A DNA stretch of 64,000 nucleotides from the NCBI GenBank assembly GCA_027313505.1, contig DAHVDN010000001.1:43366-107365 (forward strand), written 5' to 3'. Shown here piece after piece: positions 48,230-58,082 of the stretch. The notes under the pieces are model-generated. The model was not told the DNA's origin and searched no databases. It saw only the letters and a program-made list of their open reading frames with translations. Positions within the stretch are counted from its first letter, which is position 1. Every line of letters begins with the position of its first letter. The position numbers and the translations under genes were made by a program. The DNA is from Candidatus Dormiibacterota bacterium (GTDB lineage: Bacteria; Chloroflexota; Dormibacteria; Aeolococcales; Bog-877).

Positions 48230-49552
48230 ATGACCTCGACCGACCACGGCGACCGGAACGGGCGGCAGATTCGGGAGCTTGAGGCTGCCCTCGAGCAGGA
48301 GTGGCAGTCAGAGCGGTGGGCTGGAGTCGCCCGTCCTTACTCAGCAACCGAAGCCGCGCGCCTCGGGGGCTCCTTCCCGATCGAACACACCCTGGCTCGC
48401 CGGGGCGCGGAGGCGCTCTGGCAGCTGCTGAGGACGGAGGACTATGTCCCCACGCTTGGGGCGCTTACCGGTCAGCAGGCCGTGCAGATGGTGAGAGCGG
48501 GCCTTAGGGCGATCTATCTGTCAGGGTGGCAGGTGGCCGCCGACGCCAACCTGGACGGAGAGACATACCCGGATCAGAGCCTATACCCGGCCAACAGCGC
48601 ACCCGCCTTGGCCCGTCGGCTGAACAAGGCGATGCTGCGAGCCGACCAGATCGCATGGGCCGACGGCACCCACGATCGCGACTGGGTGGTCCCCATCGTG
48701 GCCGACGCCGAGGCGGGATTCGGCGGGCCGCTGCACGCCTTCCAGCTGATGAGGCACATGATTGAGGCTGGGGTTTCCGGGGTGCACTTCGAGGACCAAC
48801 TGGCTTCCGAGAAGAAGTGCGGGCATCTGGGGGGCAAGGTTCTGGTCCCGACCAGTCAGTTCCTGCGCACCCTGGCGGCAGCGCGCTTGGCCGCCGACGT
48901 CGAAGGGGTGCCCACCGTCTTGATAGCCAGGACCGACGCCCTCAGCGCCACCCTGCTGACCAGTGACGTGGACCCGCTGGATCAGAAGTTCCTCACCGGC
49001 GAGCGGACCTCGGAGGGCTTCTTTCGAGTCCGGAGTGGACTGGAGCCGGTGATACAGCGGTCGCTGGCGTACGCCAGAATCGCTGATGCCCTCTGGTTCG
49101 AGACGTCCACGCCAGATCTCGCTGAAGCCGCCGCATTCGCCAACGCCATCCATGCCGAGTTCCCGGGCAAGATCCTCGCCTACAACTGCTCTCCGTCGTT
49201 CAACTGGAAGCGCCAGCTGACCGACGAACAGGTCTCCAACTTCCAGCACCAGTTGGGCAAGCTGGGATACCGCTTCCAGTTCGTCACCCTGGCGGGGTTC
49301 CACGTAGCCAATGCCTCAATGTTCGAGCTCGCCAAGGGGTACCAGCGAGAGGGCATGACCGCCTATGTCCACCTGCAGCAGAGGGAGTTCGAACTCGAAT
49401 TGCAGGGGTACACCTCGACCAGGCATCAGGCCGAGGTGGGGGCTGGCTACTTCGACGCCGTGCTGGAGACTGTGACCGGAGGCGAGAGCGAGACGATGGC
49501 GCTCCGAGGCTCGACAGAGGAGGCTCAGTTCGACGCCAGTCTTCAACCATGA
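48230..49552 (+). CDS. aceA: Isocitrate lyase
   Basis: Start at the conserved Met ([39 protein letters not shown]). Catalytic KKCGHLGGK motif. 440 aa. Confidence 0.9.
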   Translation: MTSTDHGDRNGRQIRELEAALEQEWQSERWAGVARPYSATEAARLGGSFPIEHTLARRGAEALWQLLRTEDYVPTLGALTGQQAVQMVRAGLRAIYLSGWQVAADANLDGETYPDQSLYPANSAPALARRLNKAMLRADQIAWADGTHDRDWVVPIVADAEAGFGGPLHAFQLMRHMIEAGVSGVHFEDQLASEKKCGHLGGKVLVPTSQFLRTLAAARLAADVEGVPTVLIARTDALSATLLTSDVDPLDQKFLTGERTSEGFFRVRSGLEPVIQRSLAYARIADALWFETSTPDLAEAAAFANAIHAEFPGKILAYNCSPSFNWKRQLTDEQVSNFQHQLGKLGYRFQFVTLAGFHVANASMFELAKGYQREGMTAYVHLQQREFELELQGYTSTRHQAEVGAGYFDAVLETVTGGESETMALRGSTEEAQFDASLQP

Positions 49553-51102
49553 ACCCGGCTGATTCGAACAACCGCGGGGTGACCGTCCTTGGGGACGCTG
49601 GTCAGGCTCAGGTTGAGGTCCTGACGGAGTCGGCGTTGGCGTTTGTGGTAGGTCTGGAACGAAGGCTGCGCGGTGCGCGCCGTGAGATCCTGGACGCCCG
49701 GGCGAGTCTTCAGTCTGCCTTCGATGCAGGGCTTCTCCCCGACTTCCTCGGTGACAGCTCCACCCTGCGCCAGGATCTCACCTGGAAAGTCAGGCCGGCA
49801 CCACCAGACCTGATGGACCGGAGGGTCGAGATCACGGGCCCGGTGGATCGGAAGATGGTCATCAACGCGCTCAATTCCGGTGCCCAGACCTACATGGCCG
49901 ACTTCGAGGACTCCAACTCCCCCACCTGGTCCAACTGCATGGAGGGCCAGGCGAACCTGATGGCAGCGGTGCGGCGGACGATCTCCCTCGACTCACCCGG
50001 AAAGGAGTATCGGCTCAACTCCAAGGTGGCCACCTTACTGATGCGCCCTCGCGGCTGGCACCTTGAGGACAGGCACCTGATCGTTGACGGCCAGCCGGTC
50101 TCCGCCAGCCTTCTCGACTTTGGGCTTTTCATCTTCCACAACGCTCAAACGCTCATTCAATCGGGGAGCGGTCCCTACCTTTACCTCCCTAAATTGGAGA
50201 GTCACCTGGAAGCCCGCCTTTGGGAGCGGGCCTGTCTGCTCGCGGAGGAGGAGCTGGCTCTCGAACATGGCTCCATCCGGGTCACCGTGTTGATTGAGAA
50301 CATCCTGGCAGCCTTCGAGATGGAAGAAATTCTGTTTGAACTGCGAGACCGATGCGCGGGGCTGAACGCCGGCCGATGGGACTACCTCTTCTCCGTAATT
50401 CGCAAGTTTAGGAGCCGATCGGATTTCGTCCTTCCAGACAGGGCGGCGGTGAGCATGACCGTGCCCTTCATGCAGAGCTACACCGACCTCCTGGTGAAAA
50501 CCTGCCACCGACGTGGAGCCCACGCCATGGGGGGGATGTCGGCCTTCGTCCCCAATAGGCATGACCTTCCCGGGACCGCGGTCGCACTTGCCAAGGTCAC
50601 CCAGGACAAGCTCCGCGAGGTCGGGCAGGGGTTCGACGGCAGCTGGGTGGCTCACCCGGACCTGGTCTCTACCGCCCTCTCCGTCTTCGACGAGAAGCTG
50701 ATGGGTGCCCCCAACCAATTGGAGCGAAACCGGCCCGATGTGCTGGTGGGCCGCGACCAGCTGCTGAGCTTCCCCGCGACGCCGGGCGAGATAACAGACC
50801 AGGGCATCCTGCTCAACATCTCGGTGGGCTTGCGCTACCTCGACGCCTGGTTGGCGGGGCGGGGAGCGGTGGCAATCGACAGCCTGATGGAGGACGCGGC
50901 GACTGCGGAGATCTCCCGCTCCCAGATCTGGCAGTGGCGACGGCACTCCCGCATGACCGAGACCCAGCTGAGTTCGGCGCTCAGCCGGGTGGTCGCCGAG
51001 GCTGGCCCGATGGAGGCAGCCAGCTCGCTCTTCGAGGAGGTCGCGCTCGGTCAGCAGTTCGTGGAGTTCTTCACAGTTCCGGGATGTCGGCTGTTGCCCT
51101 GA
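49549..51102 (+). CDS. aceB: Malate synthase A
   Basis: 517 aa. ATG overlaps the aceA stop (ATGA). Malate-synthase motifs ([18 protein letters not shown]..., ...[14 protein letters not shown]...) are present. Confidence 0.9.
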   Translation: MNPADSNNRGVTVLGDAGQAQVEVLTESALAFVVGLERRLRGARREILDARASLQSAFDAGLLPDFLGDSSTLRQDLTWKVRPAPPDLMDRRVEITGPVDRKMVINALNSGAQTYMADFEDSNSPTWSNCMEGQANLMAAVRRTISLDSPGKEYRLNSKVATLLMRPRGWHLEDRHLIVDGQPVSASLLDFGLFIFHNAQTLIQSGSGPYLYLPKLESHLEARLWERACLLAEEELALEHGSIRVTVLIENILAAFEMEEILFELRDRCAGLNAGRWDYLFSVIRKFRSRSDFVLPDRAAVSMTVPFMQSYTDLLVKTCHRRGAHAMGGMSAFVPNRHDLPGTAVALAKVTQDKLREVGQGFDGSWVAHPDLVSTALSVFDEKLMGAPNQLERNRPDVLVGRDQLLSFPATPGEITDQGILLNISVGLRYLDAWLAGRGAVAIDSLMEDAATAEISRSQIWQWRRHSRMTETQLSSALSRVVAEAGPMEAASSLFEEVALGQQFVEFFTVPGCRLLP

Positions 51103-51277
51103 GCGTGGGGCTGCTTGGCCCTGACGGTCCTGTGACAAGGGTGGCGAGGGAGCCGACATGGGTTGTCGGACTCCCGGCCCTCTGATATCGTCGCTGCAGG
51201 GTTCGGAAGTGATGGCCGGCCGGGCTCTGGACAATTCCCGCCACAGCCGGCCGGCAGCGACAGGGAGTGCTTGAGGA

Positions 51278-51997
51278 ATGGCCAGAAAACCAGCCCCGCA
51301 AGAGGATGCGCCTTCCGTCCGCTACGGAGAGGCCGAAGGCGGGGGCTGTGACCACGCCGGGTGCACCAATACCGAGGCCTACCGATGCCTCTACCGAGAC
51401 CGTCGGGCAGTTGACTGCGCCTGGGTTGCCTGCCGCGACCACCTCAAGGTGGTTGACGATAGGGCCTACTGCATGAGGCACGCCGGCGTCGTCGAGGTCC
51501 TCATCATGGCGCACCGCCAAGGAACCGAGCTCCTGCCACCGGACCTGGACGACCGCTGCGCCTCGCTGGTGCGGGCTGTGGCCAACGATCTGAACGAGCC
51601 GGTGGTGGAGCGGTTGGTCCGCTGGGGCGACACCAACACCAGCATCATCAATGACCCGTCAATCCGCTACACCAGGGCAGACCGAATCCACCATGATCCC
51701 GGTCATTGGGAGAGGGTGTGGGGGCTGGCGACCAGGACCGGGATCCTGCTTCGAGTGGGGCTTCGCGTCGAGGACACCCGGCCCGAGACAGTTATCTTGA
51801 CCGGGGGAGTGACCCACCTGGTGGCAACCATTCCTCCCTGGATCCAGCGGCATCTAAATGGAGATCCGATGCAGGGGTCCCAGTCGGAGCTGGTGGAGCG
51901 CCTGGCGTTTCAGCAGCAACTGCTCCAAGCTCTCGATGAGCACGTCGAGAAGTACGGGATCACCTTTCCCCACTCGGTGATGCGGTCGCCCGTCTGA
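51278..51997 (+). CDS. Hypothetical protein with Cys/His-rich N-terminal putative metal-binding region
   Basis: 239 aa. The Cys/His-rich segment is CDHAGCTNTEAYRC...DCAWVACRDH...YCMRH. No recognised family. Confidence 0.45.
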   Translation: MARKPAPQEDAPSVRYGEAEGGGCDHAGCTNTEAYRCLYRDRRAVDCAWVACRDHLKVVDDRAYCMRHAGVVEVLIMAHRQGTELLPPDLDDRCASLVRAVANDLNEPVVERLVRWGDTNTSIINDPSIRYTRADRIHHDPGHWERVWGLATRTGILLRVGLRVEDTRPETVILTGGVTHLVATIPPWIQRHLNGDPMQGSQSELVERLAFQQQLLQALDEHVEKYGITFPHSVMRSPV

Positions 51998-52032
51998 CGT
52001 CCGACCTTGCCCGGAGCTTCATAATCTGACCC

Positions 52033-54030
52033 ATGGCCTACGAAGCGATCTTGCCGATTCAGGCTGGGGTGGCCACCCGGCACCATCCCGACTACCACGA
52101 CCGTTATCTCACCTTCAGCCGCAGTTACACCCTGGACGTCACCTACCGCTGCTACCGTCGCTGCGGATACTGCGAATATCGACAGGACCATGGGGACCTC
52201 ATCTCCTGGGAGGAGGTGGACCGCCGCCTCCAGGAGGCGGCATCCCTTGGCTGTCGGGAGCTCCTCATCATGTCTGGCGAGCAGCCATGGAGACTTCCCG
52301 ACCTGGGGCTGGCCGGAGAACCCGAGTTTGTCGATCGGGTAGTTGAGATCTGCCGTCGCGCCATGGGTCGCGGGCTGCTGCCCCACACCAATGTGGGGCT
52401 CCTGTCGCGCGAAAGCCTTGAGGCGCTGCGCCCCTGGAACGCATCCATGGGGTTGATGTTGGAGACCGCCACCGACCGCATCCCCGCCCACGCGATGGGA
52501 GGAGGGAAGCGGTTCGAGGAGAGGTTGCGCCACCTAAATGACGCCGGAGAACTGAGGATTCCCTTCACAACTGGCATTCTGGTCGGAATCGGAGAGACCC
52601 GGGCGGACCGGGCGCGGGCTCTGACATCGATTGGGGACAGCCACAGGCAACACGGCCATATCCAGGAGGTCATAGTCCAGAACTTCGTCCCCAAGCCCGG
52701 GACCCCGATGGCCGCCTCTGAGGCCCCTACCTGGGAGACCATCCGCGAGGCGGTGGAGATGGCCCGGCAGCTCCTGCCAGCCGATGTGACGGTGCAGGTC
52801 CCGCCGAATCTGAACTTCGCGGAGTGGCCGCAGCTGGTGGAGGCCGGCGCCCGGGACCTTGGGGGAATCTCTGCCGACGGTGACTCCGTCAGCCCCGCGC
52901 AGCCGTGGCCGCAAGAGCAGGAGCTCGTGACCAAGGCTGCCAGTCTCGGATACCGGCTCCAGGAGCGGCTCCCGGTCTACCAGGAGACCTTGGCCGATCT
53001 GCGTTGGGCGGCGGACTCGCTGCGGCGGGAGCTGGTTGGGGACGAGGTCACCTACGTCATCAACCGCAATGTCAACATCAGCAATGTTTGCGTCGGCAGC
53101 TGCAAATTCTGTGGTTTCAAGCGGGGTTCCCTGCAAGCGAAGGGCGCCTACTTTCACGACCATGACACCATTTTCTCCAAGTTGGAGGATGCCGTAGCCA
53201 GAGGGGCCACGGAGATCTGCATGCAGTCCGGCCTCACCCCGGAGCTGAATCTTGCGTTCTACGACACCCTGTTCCGGGAGATCAAGGATAGGTGGCCGAC
53301 CCTGCACCTGCATGCGCTTTCCCCAGAGGAGATCCGCTACCTGGCCCAACTTTCAGGACGCACGGTGGAGGACGTCATACGGCAGCTTCAGGATGCCGGG
53401 CTGGGCACCATGCCGGGCACCGCGGCAGAGATTTTGGTGGAAGAGGTCCGCCGGATCCTATGCCCTGAGAAGCTCACCACCGAGGACTGGATCGACGTGA
53501 TGCGAACCGCGCACCGGGTGGGGCTACGAACCACCGCGACCATAATGTACGGGCATATCGAAACCCCCTGGCACCGGCTGCGGCACCTGGAGGTGATTCG
53601 CGACCTGCAGCGTGAAACCGGCGGCTTCAGTGAATTCGTGTTGCTTCCATTTCAGGTTGAGCACAACACGCTGGGCAAGTATTTCGGGATCCTCCGTCCG
53701 CTCACATTGGAGGATTCCCTGCGCTTCACCGCCTACTGTCGGCTCTACTTCGGAGCTGACATTCCCAACATCCAGACCAGCTGGGTGAAGTTGGGGGCAC
53801 AGGGGGTGGCGGAGTCGCTGAGCTGGGGAGCCAACGACTTCGGGGGAACCCTCATGGAGGAGTCGATCACCCGGATGAGTGGCGCCAACCACGGTCAGAA
53901 CCTGGATCCGCAAGAGATCGAGGCGGCGATCCGTTCGGTCGGCAGGCCGGCGCGCGAACGCGACACCCTCTATCGACCGGTCAGCTCTCGCCCCCGCGAT
54001 TTACAGATGCAGAGCGCCGCGATCGCCTGA
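52033..54030 (+). CDS. fbiC: FO synthase (fused CofG + CofH radical-SAM domains) for coenzyme F420 biosynthesis
   Basis: Two radical-SAM CxxxCxxC motifs (CYRRCGYCEY and CVGSCKFCGF) in one 665-aa ORF. CofG-like half first, CofH-like half second. Confidence 0.85.
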   Translation: MAYEAILPIQAGVATRHHPDYHDRYLTFSRSYTLDVTYRCYRRCGYCEYRQDHGDLISWEEVDRRLQEAASLGCRELLIMSGEQPWRLPDLGLAGEPEFVDRVVEICRRAMGRGLLPHTNVGLLSRESLEALRPWNASMGLMLETATDRIPAHAMGGGKRFEERLRHLNDAGELRIPFTTGILVGIGETRADRARALTSIGDSHRQHGHIQEVIVQNFVPKPGTPMAASEAPTWETIREAVEMARQLLPADVTVQVPPNLNFAEWPQLVEAGARDLGGISADGDSVSPAQPWPQEQELVTKAASLGYRLQERLPVYQETLADLRWAADSLRRELVGDEVTYVINRNVNISNVCVGSCKFCGFKRGSLQAKGAYFHDHDTIFSKLEDAVARGATEICMQSGLTPELNLAFYDTLFREIKDRWPTLHLHALSPEEIRYLAQLSGRTVEDVIRQLQDAGLGTMPGTAAEILVEEVRRILCPEKLTTEDWIDVMRTAHRVGLRTTATIMYGHIETPWHRLRHLEVIRDLQRETGGFSEFVLLPFQVEHNTLGKYFGILRPLTLEDSLRFTAYCRLYFGADIPNIQTSWVKLGAQGVAESLSWGANDFGGTLMEESITRMSGANHGQNLDPQEIEAAIRSVGRPARERDTLYRPVSSRPRDLQMQSAAIA

Positions 54031-54496
54031 CCGGACCGGGCAGAGAACGGCCCAGCGCCAACCCGGCAAGAAGGAAAACCGCCTCGACCAACCGGGTCAC
54101 CAACTCATTCTCACCTTGGGCGGGGATCAGCAGGATGGCGACGGCGCCGGGAAAGAAGTACCACCGCCACGAATAGCGGCTGGCGGCAATGCGCTCCCGG
54201 TAGAAGATTCCAAAGGAGATGCCGAGCAGCAGGCAGACTGTTCCGAGGGCCAGGTAGCCCACCAGGTACTGGGTCGCTCTCGATGACCCAAGGCCGACCG
54301 TTAGCCGGATGGCCAGCGGCGGGAGATAGTCGGTGGCATAGAAGGTGACCAGCACCCAGCCCATGCTGTGGATGCAGAACGTGGACACCGCCAGCCCCCG
54401 GCGCCGGCGCTCCGCCTTGGCCACCTCCTCCGCTTGAGCGGTTCCGTTCTCAGTTGGGTTCAGTCCTTCATCGATTCGCTCGCTGTCCACGGGCAT
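53981..54496 (-). CDS. Small polytopic membrane protein, unknown function
   Basis: 171 aa with 3-4 TM helices (WVLVTFYATDYLPPLAI, LVGYLALGTVCLLLGISFGIF, WYFFPGAVAILLIP). The 3' end overlaps the fbiC 3' end by 50 nt, so the gene call is tentative. Confidence 0.4.
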   Translation of the reverse strand: MPVDSERIDEGLNPTENGTAQAEEVAKAERRRRGLAVSTFCIHSMGWVLVTFYATDYLPPLAIRLTVGLGSSRATQYLVGYLALGTVCLLLGISFGIFYRERIAASRYSWRWYFFPGAVAILLIPAQGENELVTRLVEAVFLLAGLALGRSLPGPVRRSRRSASVNRGGES

Positions 54497-54592
54497 CAGT
54501 TTGACCTTACCTGGTACCTGAGCGGTCGGACGTAGACTGAGCGGGCCTTGCCGAAACTTCCCGCGCCGATGGCTTTCGCTCGGGGACGCTGA

Positions 54593-56302
54593 GTGCGCCG
54601 GGCGTTGAGGAGGTGGGAGCCGGCCGAGGCCGCTTTTGCGGGGCGGCAGCTATCGGTGCTGGAGCGGGTGCTGGCGGCACGGGAGGTCTCCGGAATCGGC
54701 GAGGGTCAGGTCGGCGAGCCCATCGACCACGATCCCTGGCTGCTCACGGATATGGCGGGGGCTGTGGAGCTCGTCAAGCAGGCCGTCAGCGACGCGGTGA
54801 AAATTGCGATCTACGGTGACTACGACGCCGACGGTGTCACCGCCTGCGCCCTGCTGGTTCGGGCACTCTCGGTTCTGGGGATAGCGCCACTGGCATACAT
54901 CCCCAATCGGGAGAGCGAGGGGTACGGCCTCAATCGGCAGGCCTTACAGGAGCTCTCGGAGCGAGGGGCGGGGTTGGTCATCACAGTGGACTGTGGGACG
55001 ACCGCAGTCGAGGTGGCGGCTTCGCGGCCCGCTGAAATGCGCCTCCTCATAACCGATCACCATCTGCCCCTGGTCACGTCACCCGGGGCAACACCCGAAC
55101 TGGCCCCGGCGGACGCGCTGGTCAATCCCCAGCGCCCCGGCGACCTCTATCCGTTCCGAGGGCTGGCCGGGGTCGGGGTCGCCTACAAGCTGGTCCAGGC
55201 GTTGGAGCTCGACGGCCTTTTGCCAAGTGGCACCGCGGCCAGTCAGCTACCTCTGGTCGCGCTGGGAACGGTGGCTGACCTCATGCCCCTGCGTGGAGAG
55301 AACCGGTCCCTCGTGCTAAGAGGGCTGGCCGTTTGGGCTGACCGTGCGCCCGTTGGTCTCCTGGCGCTGGCACGTGGTGCGGGAATCGATGGGACCCCCA
55401 CCAGCGCGGATCTCGGCTTTTCGATCGGGCCTCGGATCAACGCCGCCGGCCGCATGGAGGATGCGAGCCTGGCCCTCGAGTGCTGCCTGGCGGCCACCCC
55501 AGCCGAGGCCACGAGGGCGGCGCTGGCACTGGAGAAGCTCAATCGCGATCGTCGCGACTCGCTGTCTACGGCCATGGCGGTGGCTCGGCCCCTGGTCGAG
55601 CAGCTCGACGATAGCCTGGCCTCCATCGTGATCGGGGACGAGGGCTTTCCCGCCGGCGTCGTGGGCCTTGTCGCCGGGCGCCTTGCGGACGAGTTCCAGC
55701 GTCCCACATTCGTCTACGCGATGTCGGGGGAGGAGTGGAAGGGGTCCGCTCGAGGAGCTCCCGGACTCAATATCGTCAACGCTCTTTCCGAGTGCTCTGC
55801 CAATCTGGTTCGGTACGGCGGCCACCAGGGAGCAGGAGGGTTCAGCGTCCGGCCGGAGCGCGGGGCCCCTCAGCGCTTCGCCCAGGCGGTGGAGCGAGCT
55901 GTCCGTTTGCAGGTGAGCCAGCCCGAGCAATGCCGGGTCTTCCATATCGACGCCCAGGTCAACCTTGCGGACTGCACTCTGAAGCTGGCGGACGAGCTCA
56001 CCGCGCTCGGACCGTTTGGAAGTGGCAACCCGCCGGTACTCCTGCTGGCCAGCGGCTGTCGCGTCGTCCGCACTGAGCCCTTCGGCAAGGGCCGGGAGCA
56101 TCTGAGAGCGGTGCTGGACGACGGGACCGCTGAGGTCGAGGCCATCAGCTTCAATCGCCCCGGCCTGGGCCAGCATCTTCCCTCGGGAAGGCTGGTCGAT
56201 GCCCTCTTCGAGCTGGGAGCGGACCGCTGGCGGGGCCGTGAACGGCTTCGCCTTCTGCTTCGGGACCTGCGTCCGACCAGGTCACCGATTGGAGTCCGGT
56301 AG
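54593..56302 (+). CDS. recJ: Single-stranded-DNA-specific exonuclease RecJ
   Basis: DHH motifs (IAIYGDYDADGVTACALL, ITDHH) and a DHHA1 region (GGHQGAGGF). 569 aa. Confidence 0.85.
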   Translation: MRRALRRWEPAEAAFAGRQLSVLERVLAAREVSGIGEGQVGEPIDHDPWLLTDMAGAVELVKQAVSDAVKIAIYGDYDADGVTACALLVRALSVLGIAPLAYIPNRESEGYGLNRQALQELSERGAGLVITVDCGTTAVEVAASRPAEMRLLITDHHLPLVTSPGATPELAPADALVNPQRPGDLYPFRGLAGVGVAYKLVQALELDGLLPSGTAASQLPLVALGTVADLMPLRGENRSLVLRGLAVWADRAPVGLLALARGAGIDGTPTSADLGFSIGPRINAAGRMEDASLALECCLAATPAEATRAALALEKLNRDRRDSLSTAMAVARPLVEQLDDSLASIVIGDEGFPAGVVGLVAGRLADEFQRPTFVYAMSGEEWKGSARGAPGLNIVNALSECSANLVRYGGHQGAGGFSVRPERGAPQRFAQAVERAVRLQVSQPEQCRVFHIDAQVNLADCTLKLADELTALGPFGSGNPPVLLLASGCRVVRTEPFGKGREHLRAVLDDGTAEVEAISFNRPGLGQHLPSGRLVDALFELGADRWRGRERLRLLLRDLRPTRSPIGVR

Positions 56303-56556
56303 CCAAAGGCGTCTATGATGCCGAAGGCCGGGTTGTGCATGACCGATCAGGTCCTGTACATGGCACCGGTGCACCCCCTGGGAGGTGATGATGTGGCGCC
56401 GCATCGTGTGATGTCCCGCTCGGCACCGGCTTGGGTCTTCATGCGGCGCCTGGCCGCGGTGTTACTTCCTCAACGGCCGCCGGGCCCGGGCCATCTTTCG
56501 TGGTAGCCGTCCTGGGAAGAGCAAGGGGGGCTGGGCTCGGGCTCTGCGCCGGCGGT

Positions 56557-58047
56557 ATGGCCATCTTCGCCATGCTGGTGCTGCGGCTGGCGGTCGGCCT
56601 CCCCGCCCTGATTGACGTGATTGGCACCGGTCTGGCACTCCTGCTTCCGGGGCCGGTGTTCGGAGCGATGATAGACGCGCTGCAGGAACGCGGCCGTCCG
56701 CTGCTGCTCCTGGGGACTTCGGTTCTGATCCTGGTCATCGCCACCTTGCTGGGAGCCCTGATGGCTCGGTGGTCCTGGCGGCTGGTGGCTGCGGCGCCTG
56801 CCGAGGGCCCATCAAGAAGGGGCACCTTATGGGGCAGGTGGCTCATCCCCGGGATCGCACTCTGGCTCCTGACCCTTCCGCTGGTGGCGCTTGCCGAGGG
56901 CGGCCTCGACACGCTTGCAACCTGGACCACCCTCTTGGACTGGCTGCTGATCTCCGGGATGGTCGAGGTGCTGCTCAGCCTTCCCCAGCTCGGAGGCAGC
57001 AGCGGGGGGGTGACCGGCTCTCAGGGGGTTGGCGTCCTCACCAGGCGTCGGTTCCTGGTTGCTTCAGGCGGAGTGCTCGGAGCGGCGTCGTTGGGGTACC
57101 TGGGCACCAGGGCCCTGACGGCCGGTTCTCCGCCACTTCCGAGGCTCGCAGGGCCGGGGTCGGTCCACGGCCGCTTGCCCGAAGGGGTGACTCCCACCTC
57201 GGACTTCTACGTCGTCTCCATCGATCTCTTTGGGCCGCCGCGGGTGAACGCCTCCACCTGGGGCCTCCAGTTGGACGGGCTCCGGGGCTCTAAGATCGGC
57301 TACGGGGAGCTGCTCGCCCTTCCTGCGGTGGAGCAGATCCAGACGCTGGAGTGCATCTCCAACCCGGTGGGCGGCACTCTGATCAGCAATGGAGTCTGGA
57401 GGGGAGTTCCCCTGGGCACCCTTCTCAATCGAGTCGGAGTGCCGTCCGGTACTCAGAACATCATTTTCCACTGTGCCGACGGATACTCGGAGAGCCTGCC
57501 AGTGGACGAGGCGATGGCCTCATCCACCCTCATCGCGACCCATCTCAACGGTTCGGCGCTGCCCGCTCAACACGGTTTCCCGGCCAGGATTTTGGTGGCT
57601 GGCCATTATGGGATGAAAGACCCCAAGTGGCTCACTCGAATCTCCACCTCCAAGAACTCCTTCAGCGGATACTGGGAGCAGCAGGGTTGGAATGCCGCAG
57701 CGGTGCCTCATATCTTCTCCCGCTTTGACTTTCCTGGAGGGAGCACCCGGCTCAGCGCTGGAGAGCAATACCTGCTCACCGGTATCGCCTTCGCGGGTCA
57801 GCTGGGGGTGGGGGCGGTGCAGGTCAGCTTCGACGGGGGGGCACGGTGGACTGAGGCCCGTCTCCAGCGCCCGCTTTCCCAATTCTCGTGGACCATCTGG
57901 AGCCTCCCCTGGCGGCCGAGGTCCGGGCTCTACACCCTCTTAGTCCGAGCCGCCGACGGACTGGGGCGATTTCAGGCGCGGGGAGGGGGCGGCACCTATC
58001 CGAACGGAGCCAGCGGCTACCAGGTGATTGTGGTGAGCGTGACCTGA
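56557..58047 (+). CDS. Sulfite-oxidase-family molybdopterin oxidoreductase (MsrP/YedY-like catalytic domain) fused in-frame to an N-terminal 4-TM membrane domain
   Basis: C-terminal about 340 aa carry the Oxidored_molyb motifs (LECISNPVGGTLISNGVWRGVPL, HGFPARILVAGHYGMKDPKWL). A Tat-like motif LTRRRFLVASGGVLGAASLGYLGTRALTAG lies internally at about residue 165. It follows a 4-TM domain in the same frame with no stop. An internal in-frame GTG (57010) could start a standalone Tat-exported enzyme. The N-terminal start is placed at ATG 56557; the ORF opens at 56431. Confidence 0.7.
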   Translation: MAIFAMLVLRLAVGLPALIDVIGTGLALLLPGPVFGAMIDALQERGRPLLLLGTSVLILVIATLLGALMARWSWRLVAAAPAEGPSRRGTLWGRWLIPGIALWLLTLPLVALAEGGLDTLATWTTLLDWLLISGMVEVLLSLPQLGGSSGGVTGSQGVGVLTRRRFLVASGGVLGAASLGYLGTRALTAGSPPLPRLAGPGSVHGRLPEGVTPTSDFYVVSIDLFGPPRVNASTWGLQLDGLRGSKIGYGELLALPAVEQIQTLECISNPVGGTLISNGVWRGVPLGTLLNRVGVPSGTQNIIFHCADGYSESLPVDEAMASSTLIATHLNGSALPAQHGFPARILVAGHYGMKDPKWLTRISTSKNSFSGYWEQQGWNAAAVPHIFSRFDFPGGSTRLSAGEQYLLTGIAFAGQLGVGAVQVSFDGGARWTEARLQRPLSQFSWTIWSLPWRPRSGLYTLLVRAADGLGRFQARGGGGTYPNGASGYQVIVVSVT

Positions 58048-58082
58048 CCGTCCCTTCGCGGAGTGGGTACACTCGCCGGACC

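Noticed and set aside
50035-51234. Minus-strand 399-aa ORF inside aceB
   Set aside because: It is antisense to malate synthase and has no motifs.
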